A model generated the notes under the pieces. That model searched no databases. It saw only the letters and a program-made list of their open reading frames with translations, and was not told the origin of the DNA. Positions 1 to 13,200 of a DNA stretch of 64,000 nucleotides are shown here, piece after piece. How positions within the stretch are numbered: position 1 is the first letter of the stretch; the number at the start of each line of letters is the position of its first letter. The stretch is from Phoronis australis (lineage: Eukaryota; Animalia; Phoronida): contig NMRA01000008.1 in assembly GCA_002633005.1 (NCBI GenBank), forward strand, positions 1,659,620 to 1,723,619, read 5' to 3'. A program made the translations under genes and the position numbers.

Positions 1-3000
1 CACGCTAGATGACAATATTAAAATGTTACCAACAAAAGGGAATACATTGTAACAATATTAACCTACAAACAAGTAGTTGCGTTACTTTACAAGATTACAG
101 GTAAGTGATGTTGCCTACATGAGGAATTTGGCAAAACCAGTCGGGACTTGTTTTCATTAAAAATTGGCGGGAACGCCAACAAAACCATTGCTATCCTCGT
201 AAGAATATCACTGAGGGGTAAGAACGACATAAGTTTCAATACCGATGCCTGTTAGAGAGATTCGAAACTTTTGACTGACTCGGAAAATAAGACACTCCGC
301 TGAATTCGTTTTCTCGACCGCCAGATGGTGCGCTTACTGGTTTAAACATGGAGAAGTCTCTTCCTGGTTTAACAGACGAGCTGGGGCCTACGTGAAAGTG
401 ATGTGTTGAGTACATTAACGGAGATGTTAATTATGCAACTAGAAAACAGTGAATTAATGAATTATGCGGTACATATAAATCTATGCAATTTACAACAAGT
501 AAATGACTGACAGTACGTGTACGGAAGTGGTAACGTAATATATATATATCACATACGTGTAAGAATTTTGCTTGAAGGGCACAATCAAACGGACATAGTT
601 ACTTGCCTTTTGAATATTGTATTAAGGAGGCACAATCGTTTTTTACGAATGAAAGTGCATTTCGGGGATTATTTAGGGGGTAATTTGGAGGTTATTTTTG
701 GCTATGATCCACTTCTTAAAGTTGTCAGCTTTGACAAAACAAAATTTTACAAAACAACAAAATCTGTAGTGTTTTGTGACTTTATTATAAGCAGCCTATT
801 CCTAACAAGGGCTGGCTAAGTTAATTGAAATCGAAGCGGCGACCCCATCTGTTGCCTCATTGCTGGGCACCGCGAAAATGGCCGACGGATAATATGTAGC
901 GCTGAGCAAAGCCGGCGTGCAAATTCCAATCTCCTTAGTGTGAGATGAAAAGGCGAAGAGCCTATGTACATTGGAGGAGTTAGCCCTGAAGATTAAGCGT
1001 ACAAAATCGAGCGCTGTGCTGCCGTGTGAGATGAGTTGAACATTTCCACTAAGAAATGCCGAGCTTTGGTAAACAACCCGGTGGGTTTGTAGTCCTCTAC
1101 CGTCTTCCAGAAAGAGTTTGACATTCATGCTTACTCTTGGTAGATATAATGTTTCCAGTCTTAACTGATTTAAATTCCTCGCTAAATCTCAAAATTTTCT
1201 AACGATCTCGGCCAGTCGGAGGCAAACAAAACTTACCTTCGTGAATGGCCAAATCAGCTTTCGAAAGGATCTGTAGAGCCAAGAAACTCGCGATAACACA
1301 AGAACGCACGAGACTTCACCGTACATTGGAAGCAAAACATATAATTACACTAAATTTTACTCTCGATTTTTTGCGTCTGCGTAACGCTACCCCGATAACC
1401 TGATAATTAAAACTGCTATCCCATTTTTGCGAGGGACCGTTACCGTTAGCTGGATGCGATAATAAAAAATAATAAAAAAGCAAACTAAAAACACATTCAC
1501 CAATGAGAATCGAAGCATTTTTGATGAAAAAGCTCCGAACAACTATTCATGTGTTTGAGATAAATTCGTGTAAACTTGTTTAATTTTATGTATTTTATTC
1601 ATACTTCTTTCCCGCTGAGTTCAAGCAAAACAGATAAATAAATTTAAAATAGAATCAAAGAATTAAATTGCACTCACACCGGTGAGAATCATTCAATATT
1701 GTTTGACAAAAGCCTGCCATCTTGATCACTCTGTCTCGCGTGTCGGCCATAACGTCACAACGGCGTACTGTTCAGGCTCGGTATGTACTCTTAAAATTGA
1801 CCGTAAATCCTCGGAAGATGGCAAAATACGATTGTTTTGAACTGGAACAGTAAATAACGAAATGGGTCCATCCGGGCTCCTCTCTCCCAAATTTCACTTC
1901 TATATGCAGTTCGTTATGACACCAACTTCAACTTAGCTTAGAGATGCTATTAAAACCGTGAATATTTAAATTTGTAACTAGCGCCACCTTGTGACTTCCT
2001 GGAGAACTGTGTTTATAATCAGGATAAGAAACAATTCGCAAATAAATTGCGGTTTTAAAGAAAACACCACAACTGATACACTGAAAAACGCTATTTGATA
2101 GTGAAAGGAGCAAATGATAAAAACAATGCCTTGTTTCATTAGGGTAGCAATGACATATTACTCATTTACATAAAAATTGTCCCGCACAACGAGACTTTCG
2201 CGAGATTGTAATGGTATCTGTTTCTCGGATGGTTTCTGGCACACAGGAAAACAGCGGGGTTGTTTGTAAACTAGCATTTCATTTCCATATTCACAATTTA
2301 ATTAGACACACATCTTCAATCTCTTATAAGTTTTAACTTAACTGTATGATGACGAGCAGGATAAGTCGGTTAGATTTCATGCGAAAACCCATACGCCTTG
2401 TTCAAATCAAAACGAAGCAAAACAAAATAATGAATAGCGTCTCTCCGAGATAAATCATTCTTAGGTCTTGGCAATATGAACGACTGATAAGAAGTCTAGA
2501 GAATGCAAAGAATAAGGACTGCGTTTTCAGTTTAATTTCTTGTGCGATTGACGAGGTCGAGCAAGTTTACGCGAAACGTCACCATGTATTTCAAACGAAG
2601 CATGTGATCTCACTAGGTTTCACTTGCGCTGTCTTGCATATCGGAACGGGCATAGGATTAGACATTGGTGAATTTCCAAAAGGACATAAGTAGTGAGTGA
2701 ACCAGCAAATATGCTAGAACACTTGTAAAAGCATTGCATTGGCTGGCTATTGGTAAAATCTGTTGCTGTCACGGGCTTAATGAGTATGAGAATTCTTCGG
2801 TGTTTGTCGTGATAAGTATTCTTTAAGTGTGACAATTTTGTGCTGTAACAAAAAAGGTAAATGATAGAAATTCTGGATTCGGTCAACGAAATACTTTGTT
2901 TAGCTCACTCTTTACTATGTTTTCATCATTTCAGAACACAAAATGAGTTTTTCCGATCGAAAGTTACTGCTAAAATATGAACATTTTGTCTATTACTGCA

Positions 3001-3494
3001 TTGTATGTATTTGTATTTGCTATTATCAAACTTTTAAGTTTATTGAAAGTGACGTCGTAATTTTGATTTAATTTATAATAATAGATAATTGACGGAACTC
3101 GCAAAGGCGTTCTTTGAGCCTGACTGGGAAAAATGCCATCTTGACGTCAACATTTCGCTCTCATAAAAACGTAGCTTTGCGCTGGCAACAAAGTGCCCAC
3201 GACCGTCTTCACTAAGACTGGATTTACAACCTTTGATAAATGGGACCCAGAGGTTCACAGACGGTTTGTTCTGGTGTTGGTGCACTCTGCATAATTTGCA
3301 TAAGCCTGTTGCTCTATTAGGATATGTTAAGTCGATAATCTGAAACATCTGTCGTAATACGTAAGTGTATTTTGACCACTAGATGTTTGGATTAAAAACT
3401 AAAATCGATTTCAACGTGGCGGCGTACTGTGGCACCTGGACATGTAGCAAGCATCCTGCTCTGTTTTACATGTATACGTATGTACTTCTGAAGA

Positions 3495-4112
3495 ATGGAG
3501 AAAGTTGCGGTGTTAACTATTTCGTTTCTATTGTCGACGGCAGTTGATGGATTCATGTTTGATTTGCCTGATAAGCAAGTTCAATGTTTTCACGAAAACT
3601 TTACCGAGATTGATACGTTTCACTTCAAATTCAAAGTATTACGGGGTGGAAATCGAGATGCGGACGTGAACATCACAAGCCCCAATGGAAAGTTGATTTT
3701 CAACAGAATTCGAGCAGTAGCTGGAGAGTTAACATTCGAGTCATCAGAGGGAGATTACAAGGTGTGCTTTAGTAATCATTTCTCAGAATACTCACACAAA
3801 CTTGTATTTTTCACATTGACGCCAGCACATTTGAAAACGCTACAAGTTGCGCACGGAAACTATAACCCTACGGTGTCAACCTACCTGGAACATTTGCTGG
3901 ATTCTATGAACCGGAAGTTGGCGGTGATTGTGGAGGAGCAGGAGAATTATCGTCTGCGCGAAATGGTTGGTCGTCTGGCAGCAGAAGACCTCGGAAGCAG
4001 TGTTCAGATGGCATCCGTCATATTCACCTCATTAATAGTCATTACTTTAATGGGACAGATAGTCATACTGAAGCGAAATGTGTTATATTCAAGTACAGCA
4101 CTGAGCATTTAG
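3495..4112 (+). CDS. p24/emp24/GOLD family cargo receptor, TMED3/TMED7 (p24 gamma)-like, single exon, 205 aa
   Basis: Signal peptide (MEKVAVLTISFLLSTAVDG). GOLD domain with FDLPDKQVQCFHE, GGNRDADV.ITSPNG and YKVCFSNHFSEYSHKLVFF. Coiled-coil motif YRLREMVGRLAAEDL, then a C-terminal TM (VIFTSLIVITLMGQIVIL). These motifs resemble TMED7/TMED3. Confidence 0.9.
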   Translation: MEKVAVLTISFLLSTAVDGFMFDLPDKQVQCFHENFTEIDTFHFKFKVLRGGNRDADVNITSPNGKLIFNRIRAVAGELTFESSEGDYKVCFSNHFSEYSHKLVFFTLTPAHLKTLQVAHGNYNPTVSTYLEHLLDSMNRKLAVIVEEQENYRLREMVGRLAAEDLGSSVQMASVIFTSLIVITLMGQIVILKRNVLYSSTALSI

Positions 4113-6216
4113 ATGAAAGAACGGAAGAATGATTCAACGTACCGAAATTTGCTCCCCGTCAACGATTAAGTGAAATGTTACATGATTGCTTTACTCAGCG
4201 TTTTTTACCTGGGTGATAGACTTACTCAAAGCAACGGATTTATCACTGGCGTGGTACTAATGACACGTGTTACTTCGGGTTTCGGAAACAAGCCTAATAT
4301 TCTGCAAGACAAAATCATGCAAGATCAAGCAAGTCAAACACAAGAAAAAATGAACCCCACTTGCTGCTACTTTTGAGCGTTAGATAAAGGCCTTGTCACC
4401 CCCGATCTCAGGTGGTCCGAGACGGTCTCACAGTTATGAATCACTATGAGAACGGGCAGAACGTCCAGAAATTATCAAGTTTGGCCAAAACTACGTCTCG
4501 AATGTGACACCATGCAAGGGCCGTTTGGCTCAGAGTGTGCAATGCGCTGTCGCTTTTTTTTTCTAAATCTTTCTGAGAATAACTCTTGCTGTGACAGGGT
4601 ACTGGGGTAGTGTCAGTGCGCGCTGAAAAACAAACCACGCTCATTATCTGGTGCACGAACCAAGATATCTTGCCGTAATCTCGCGAGAGTTTAAAGGTTA
4701 TGCAACACGTTTCTCGATGCAACTTTTCTTCACGGTGGGTGAATCGAGGACACACTTCAGGTGTACTATACTAGAGGGCAAAAAATATTGATCTCATCAT
4801 GGTCGACCATCTGGGCTTTGTGAAAGTTTCAAATCTCCATACAAAAAGAACACATGGTTGTGAACAGAATTCTACTACAAGCGTAATCTGCATACCGTGC
4901 CATCTGTCATAAGTTATGACGCAGCTGGCTCCAGCTGCGCACGTAAACGACCTTCTCGTCCTAGTCATGTGATCCAGAGCGTTGACATGTTTCATACATT
5001 TAATTGTTTCTTTCCTAGCTATCGTCTCGTTCACTCTTTTTAGTTGAGGACAGCAATGGTAATAAGTTTTAATTTGTTGTCGTCTCCCATTTCTGTCACT
5101 AAATTGTTATTATTTCTTATACGTAGGTCTAATAAATTTGTTTCTCTTTATGTACCTTATAAACCTTTTCGCAATGCGCTTTAAATAACTAAAAAAAACG
5201 ACGAACTTGGTCAGCATTCAGCATTTACCCGACTGCTCCTATTGCAAGATGCATCTATTTCCGTACTCTGCTATCGCAATAAGTCTATGTCAGCGAGTGT
5301 TCCTTGAGTCGTAAATTTTTGACTTGCCAAATCGAGTTTTTTGTGAAGCTCAATTGTTAATTGGACCAACTAAATGATTAAAGACATCGTGAACTGAATT
5401 GAATTTTTGTGGCCATAATTAATGCTGAAGATTATCCTTTTTAAGTGGCTAAAATCGAAAATCGAATTACGCATTTTCCTCTCATAAATTCGCGATAGAA
5501 TTATATTTCCGTTACTAATAAGAACATCGAAACCATCAGTGGGTTCAGAGTTAATTGGGATTGGCAAACCATAAAATTGCGAACTCAAAAATGGCGCGTG
5601 TAGCTCTGCGCATTACATGTGGCGTGCTCATTCCGTTCTTTAAAACGGTTAAATATTCAACAATGACAGCTAAACGACGTTGAAATGCTCCTTTGAAGAT
5701 GTCTTTGCATGCTTCTAATTTATGCTCATTTGTAGCAGGAAATAAATGACAATGCTATTTGAACTTCGTTTACGCTAAACAAAGTGCAGTTGTATTCATC
5801 GACAACTTGTAGATGTTAAAACAAAAAATTCTGCAAATAGGTGACCTTTGCACTAATGACGTACCTTGAGGGCTCACGTAGTTCGCACCATGCAGTGTTA
5901 TTTCCCAACACCACGTCACAGTACCAACTGTACTTAGTTCAGTGATTTACGGCGGGTCATTTTCGACACAAATCTCGTTCTAAAAACATTTCGCAATTTT
6001 CAACGTGCGCATCGTCCCAAAATCTTGTGTTTCTAACTAATCTGACCAAGCAATCACTGAGATAAGGAATTAGTGTGCAAGTTCCATTCATGCAGATTTC
6101 GACAGAGTAGAAAATGTTTGGGTATTGATGACGTGTGTATATTCACAGTCAAAATTCAGCCAGAACAGCACACTACGACACGGACAGCGTAATGCTGTTG
6201 CACTTCTAATCATTAG

Positions 6217-6376
6217 CAGTGGCGGATTTAGAGGGGGGGGGCAAATGGGTCCATGCCTCCCTAAAATTCTCCCAGATTACATTTGGCAGCTCGGGGGTGC
6301 GAATGTCTGATGGGCAAAATCCTGGCTAATACTCTGCTGCCCTGCCCCCCAATTAAAAAAACTGGATCCGCCCTTG
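6217..6376. mobile_element. Short MITE-like non-autonomous DNA element
   Basis: Imperfect terminal inverted repeats cagtggcggatt / ggatccgcccttg, internal G-run and C-run, flanks attag/attaa (near-identical). Similar right ends occur at about 7750-7769 and 36812-36833. Confidence 0.55.
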
Positions 6377-6617
6377 ATTAAAGTTCATCTAACTGTTAGT
6401 TCAGTGAACTCTATGGAACACTGAAAAACTTTTTGTGAAATGGTTCAAATTTATATTTAATTTAGATTGTCAGGTAGCCGTGGCAAGCAGATGTCAAGTA
6501 GAACATCAAAGGAACAGGTTATTACTTGATAACGATGCATGTTTTAATGATTAAGAAGATTGTACGAGTGTTAGTTGTCTAGGAAGCATGTACTAATCAC
6601 ATTTGAGGGTACGTAAA

Positions 6618-9600
6618 ATGTTCACTGAGGAGAAACTACGCCAAATTTGTTTCGGTAAGTTAAATGCTGTTGCCCGTAGTTTTTATCTCATGTAAGCATA
6701 GTTACGCGTAACCAGTTTTAACAAAAATTGTTTCGACAGATCCAGGGTCTGTCTCGATACATCACATTATTGAGGGAATTGCGCCGTATGATTTCAGCCT
6801 GAGTTACGTTTTTCCCAGGGATAATTTTGTCACAGTTCAGTAAACTATAATACTCCAGGAAGGGGGGTTATTGGGGCCCTGAGCACGGCGTTTGGTTCTC
6901 ACGGGAAAGCTCATAAATAAAACATATAACATGACACGAAAATGCAGGCGCGTCAGTATATTTTGTCACCCATGGTATCTATATTATGCTGCAGCGCGGC
7001 CCTCTGAAGTTTGACGACATTTACACGTATGAAAGCGTCTTCGACCCAGCTTGTCATAGATGGTGTTGGTTTTTGAAAAGCCAACAATTACAAACTGTTT
7101 TGCAATTAAAGGTAAAATAAGTTGAAAAACGCGTAATTTGACTGCGGTGGGACCAGAATCCATTCAGGGCTCAGGGTAACAGAAAAAAACCGTAAGCGGC
7201 GTGAGGCAGATTCAGGATGGAACATATCTCCTATCATTTTAGACCTAATGTTCTAGCGCTTAAAATCTAGCAGTCTCCTTAAATTCGGCACTTTTCCGTA
7301 GGAAACAGTCGTGTATTTACAAGTACTTGCATAGGTGTGAGAAAGCAGACATGATAAAAAGTAAGTTTTACAAAATCAGCGTGGCGGGACACACGTCACT
7401 TCGCCTATGCAGTCTACAGATTGGCGAAATGCAGTAAATGCGTTTAGAAACAGACACAGTCGAGACAGACAATCTTCCCCCTTCACGCACCTCACGAGCA
7501 TTCTCATCAATAGTGTACTTTTCTCACGAACGCATTTGTGTCATACAAACTGTAATTCTTTTCCTGCGAACCACATTCAATTCTTACGAAGTCGTTATTT
7601 CTCATTAACTGCATTTGGTTTCACAACAAGCAAGATGCATGCGATGTCCGGAATTAACACCTTTTAGAAGCTCCGTACTGTGCAATGCACGAGCTCGGTA
7701 CGTTGTATCGAATCTGCCTGTACCCCGAACTGCCATGGCTCCCTTGGCCCCCCTCTAAATCCGCCAGTGCACATGACCTATTTGTGAGAAAAGAAAGTTG
7801 TAGATGAGAACACCCGTGCAGTCCGTGGGAGAGGAAAATTGTCTACGCTTCATTTTTAAAAATACGTTTAGTGGAACCAAAAACTTACAGATAAGATCAT
7901 TCAAATACCCAACATATTTTGCAGACATATATCGGATTGACTCTTCACGAAAAGGGGTTTAAAACGTTGTTATCTCTCGGTTGAAGAAACTCATTTTGTT
8001 TCACTTGAACTCATCCTCTTTCGTTCTTTGAATATATTTGATGTGCATGCAAGTCTCCAGAGGGCGTCATGAAAGTATCTTAAGGCTTAAAACTAGATTT
8101 TTTTGTTTTGTAAAGTTCTCTAGATTTTCAATCAAACAGAGTTTCATAAAGTCTATAATCAATTTAGGTGTTTTGAGCGATAATCAAAATTTCACAACAT
8201 TTGGAGCATCAGCAATGATTTTTGTAATTTTTTCGCAAAAATGCTCTAAAACACAACTTTTTAATTTTTTGCGGGTATATCTTGTCACGATATATTCGAA
8301 ACAGTTGTATTTATTCAAGCTTAAAAATGTCTTAAATAATGTTAGGCTACGTTTTCGTTTTTAGCAACTTTACTCCACGGCAAATCACTCAATGAAATGA
8401 CCACGTGTGGTATTAGAATCAGGCGAGTGTACTCATGTTTGCCACAATGGAAGTCGTAGTTAAAACGGATATTACTGAGAAGTTGGGACATTCAAAGGCT
8501 TTAAACGTGTTTGGACAACTGAATTAAGGGGGGGGAATCACTGGGTTAGCTGTCAGTATTCAAAATCTTGGAGAATCAAAAAGTTGCACGAGCTCACGCC
8601 CACTTAAGGAAAGCCATATTTTTGCAAAGAACAGGGGGCGGTATGAACGGGGAGGGGAGGCATGAGTCCTTTACAGCCACACCATCTGTGCTCCACCGTC
8701 GAACTTTGACAGATCTGTTCATTATTTTAAAAATTTGTTTTGATAGAAATAACGTTTTTATTCAACAGTCCTTGTGTTTGCTGCTACAGTTGACGCTGGC
8801 AACATTCGCAACGCGTCTGACATTGTCAAGAAGGACGTCGTATCGAGGGACCCTAATGCCTACTTTGACAGCTTTGGTACAAACGTTAGCCTGGAGCACG
8901 GGCTGGTCATTACGGCGGGAAGCCAGAAATTTCTCACATCTTGTCAGTTTTTTCACAACGTGAAAATCGGCGACGCGTGCATAACAGCGGAACTTACTAA
9001 AGGTGATTGACGGTGGATAATTCATTATTTTTTACCTTAATCTTTCAATAGAATTACGTGAAGATATCTCTGGTGGACATTTTGTACGTTGGTATTTTCT
9101 CTCTCGAGAGAGCATTTTGGCAATAATGTGGCCAGTTTTGGTTAAGTAAACGAAAGAAGATACGACCTGTGGGGGTCGAGTTGGCTTTCTGTGCCTGATA
9201 GTAATGTTTGCAATTTGGAATTATTTCGGTTACTTACTTCCTCAGTTACCCAAGTAGAATTATTACGTTGTTCTGCAATGTAGAGCGGCACCCGCAGACG
9301 TAAAAGAAAATTTCCTTACCTTTCTACTTCAAATTGAAGTCAAAATTATTTTTGGCATTTTTGCACTGATTTTGAGCGAACTTGAGGTAAGTTTTCATTA
9401 TTCTGTGCCCTAGTGCATTATGGCTTACGTGGATAATTGCCTAGACCTAGTTTGCACTTGATGACCTCAGCAATAAGATTAAAAGCTCTAATATGAACTC
9501 AAGTTTTATTAGAAATCTCGTGTTTTACTCGAGTTTGTAGCTCGCAGAAACTCGTATGCACAAACTGCAATGTACTCGAGCACAGACTAATTACCACTTA

Positions 9601-10157
9601 TCTCGACTTTGCACTAAAAGTAGAACAGAAAATGACAAAATTATTTAGAATTCAAATACTAGACCACGGACCCAGGAGTAACGGCTGCAAAGGCACCCTC
9701 ATCAAAGATTGTCCCATTTGCTTTGCCTTAACAATGCAAATCTTAACTTTAATAAAGTGGCCTTTAACATTGTTCAGAAGTTGAATGACCTCTTCCAGAA
9801 TATTGGACCGATTTTATAAGCGTGGATAGACCAACGGCTACTAACGCAGGCGACAACGAGACTATTGCAAATATACTGGTATGTAAAATAGTGCACGTCA
9901 CGTACTGACATTGAGGTGAAGAAAGCGATAAGCACATTATAATCAACTTTATTCCTCTTCAACTTTTTCACTTTTAAAATTTCCACGTGTTGAAAAGCCA
10001 TCTGAATCGTCTACAGTCACATAAAGCTTCTAACGCCGATCCTATGAGTTTGTGGCTGAAAATGGCCATATGGGTCGGCAGTCGGGCGGTCACCATCATC
10101 AAAACCATCACCATAACCATAGTCATCGTCAATATCACCGTCATCGCCATGGCTACT

Positions 10158-10241
<84 letters not shown>

Positions 10242-13200
10242 GTCATCATCATCGTCATCATCATCATCATCATCATATCGATGTCAAAACCAACATTGTC
10301 ATTGTCATTATCATTGTCATAACCATCGTCAACGTCATCATTTCCATCACGGGCATCTCAATTGCCGTCATCTTCATCATCATCGTCGTCGTCACCATAA
10401 TTAACCACCATGTTCGCTTCAAGTCCGTTTTAAGATATAACGTTTACCTTCTAGAGTCATGGAGTAGATATTTGTGGCGGAGCTCAACCTCTCAAGGCCG
10501 TGTGCAAAGTAAAAGGCGTCGAATTCAGCAGATTTGGCCAAGACTGTAACACACCACCAGACATTCTTAGCGTCCTCTGCAGTCCAAATTACGGCCTTGT
10601 GTGCTTGAACGCTGAACAGACATCAGGACTCTGTCATGACTATGAGATCCAGTTCTTATGTCCCAGTGAGTGACGTTTCTCCAGATATCTTTCTGTTGAT
10701 AGATTTGTAAACTGACACGGAACCAACGCTATAGTCTTCAGGGGGGTGTATATAATGAATTTTGATAGTTTTTGAATTGCATTGATTATTCATTAACATG
10801 TTCATGACAGAATGAAATTGATTTGAAAAGTGCACAGCTGTCATTTCAACACACATCTCTGGAAGTTCCAGTAGCTCACCCTAAGAATCTGGGAGCTTAA
10901 ACCACAAATTGGCCATTAACCACACCACCACACAAAGCCCCTTGTGTCAAAATGCACAACAGACCAAGCAGACTTACTTGATTTGGGTCTGAGAAGCAAT
11001 CAAATTTTAAGAAGAAAAGCTCAAATGTTGCAAAATGCCAACTGAAAAGTTGGCTATTTTACGATAGAAAGTGCCCTCTGGTGTCTGTTTACCATGTTCA
11101 GTAAAAACTGGAGTATTATATGTATAGAATTTCAATGAAAGTAGACCAAATGCAAACTGTAAAACTTTAATCACGGTTATTTCAGTTCATTACTTCACAA
11201 TAGTGGCAATACCTCAAGTTTATTTCTTGGCTATCTTTTGATCAATTTTTACGAAATGAAAAAGTTTGCAACCTAATACAAATGAGCTTCAAATACATGC
11301 TACGGATTTTTTGAATTGATTATAGTTAAGTTATTTTGGTATGAAGTTGAAATATCTTTTTGAATTTTTTTACTTTTAGTAAGTTTATTTGCATAAACTG
11401 AAATTAACAAACAAACACAAACACATTCACTCGCACAGTCACACTTCCAGCTCTGCTTGAATTTATACTGAATGTATAAAAGGGTTTCAAAAAATCCCAG
11501 CAAGTCAGGGGGTAATTCTCTAGATTTCATGGAATATTTTGACTGAATGTTGTGCATTTGCCAAATCTCAAAAACAAACTTAAAAAAGCATTGTTATGAT
11601 GGCTTTATGGTCATAATTGTGTATTTTTGACTTAAACAAGACTATTGGAAGATTTTGAAATCTATGACAGCATTTTTTTGGAGAAGCCATCGAGAAAAAA
11701 TGAGCTTTTTTGAAAAACTAAATACGTTTATTAATGAAAAACTAGTCACTCAAAAACAATGTTCTTTGCTTTTTCTCAAGTCGTGAGTCATATTTAAGAC
11801 GATATATATTAAAGTTTACACATTTTTAAAGAGGAACATGGAGAAACAAACAGTGTACCTACCTCCCTTAAACGTGTATGGGGATTAGAAACGAGATTTT
11901 TATCCCGCCCTGCCCGTTCTGCGCTGATGACATAAGAGCGCAGCCGTCAAATGAGTGTTTGTCAGGAGTCCAGTCAATACGAGTGCGCTGATAATTAAAT
12001 TTACACTTTGTGTTTAGCGCGGTCAGTTTCATCTAATGATTCTTACGAATGCAAACTTGGAAAACTGAAATACATGAACTCTAAAATGGCGTGAATTAAA
12101 TATTCTATGTTTGTATTTCAGGCACTATTATGCCGTCTACAGTCAAAGGGAATCTCATTACGGGAATAAATGGTTTAATCCCAATGTCACAGCTCTTCCC
12201 AATATGGATGGCCGTGAGGCGTGCAAAGTGGGAAACAAAGAGAGCATTTGTACGGCAGAACAAAGGGAAATATTACAGATTTTGCTTCACCAAAGTATTA
12301 GTCAAATATTCCATCGACTGTGTGGAACCCGGCGAGCTTCGTCAATATTACGAAATTCGCTTGATTACTCTCGCAATGAGAGGAAAGGAAACCCAGTTTT
12401 TCATATCCGCGATCTGGATCGAAGGTACAACACTCAAAGTTCTGAGGAATTGGTTCGAGGCCGGCCACGCCATCGAAACAAAGAAACAAATAGGCGGCAA
12501 TGAGAAAACAGGCAAATATTACTTCGGCTCATCTCCTGGTAGGCCACCACTCTGCGTAACAGCAGTACCAGGTACATTGGATTGTTTACTCATGAACGTC
12601 GACATGAAGACAATAAACAATGGCGGCTCCTCGTCAACCACCAAAAATGATCCTCATAAGTTCAACTGTGCCCAGGAAAATGCAGTCGAAGTGAACGGGG
12701 CATTTTCACCTTTGAACGACGCGCATGGTCATGCAACGACAGCTATTAAGAAGCTCAAGGCTGAATTCGGAGAAGAATTGTTCAAGGACTGTTTACCCAT
12801 GTCTTTGCTTGTTCATTACCAGGGGAACTGCGATGGCGCGTGGTGGAATCATGCCGAGAGACGAGCCATGTTTTGCGACGGTAACTTTTTATATCCTCTG
12901 GCCTCTGATTTTAATGTGGTAACTCATGAGATATTCCACTGCGTGGTAATTGAAAGATCAAGCCTGAGCTATGTGGGTGAGCCCGGGTGCATACACGAAG
13001 CGATGACTGACATTACTGCTGAGTGGGTGGAATTCGCTACTTTCGGACAAGTTGACTGGGTGGTAGCTGGATCCGTAACCAAGGCTCCAATCAACGGTAT
13101 TCGGAATTTCAAAACGCCATCTGTTGACGGCCGGTCTATTGATAACTTTAGTCAGTACGAAGCAAGCATGGATGTTCACTACTGCAGCGGTTTATACAAT

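Noticed and set aside
9974-10549. Poly-His, poly-Ile and poly-Met ORFs
   Set aside because: Translation artefacts of the (CAT)n microsatellite inside an intron.
12111-12503. Overlapping 130-aa ORF suggesting a frameshifted M4 N-terminus
   Set aside because: The acceptor at 12121 joins exon 2 in the frame of the 433-aa ORF, so no frameshift is needed.
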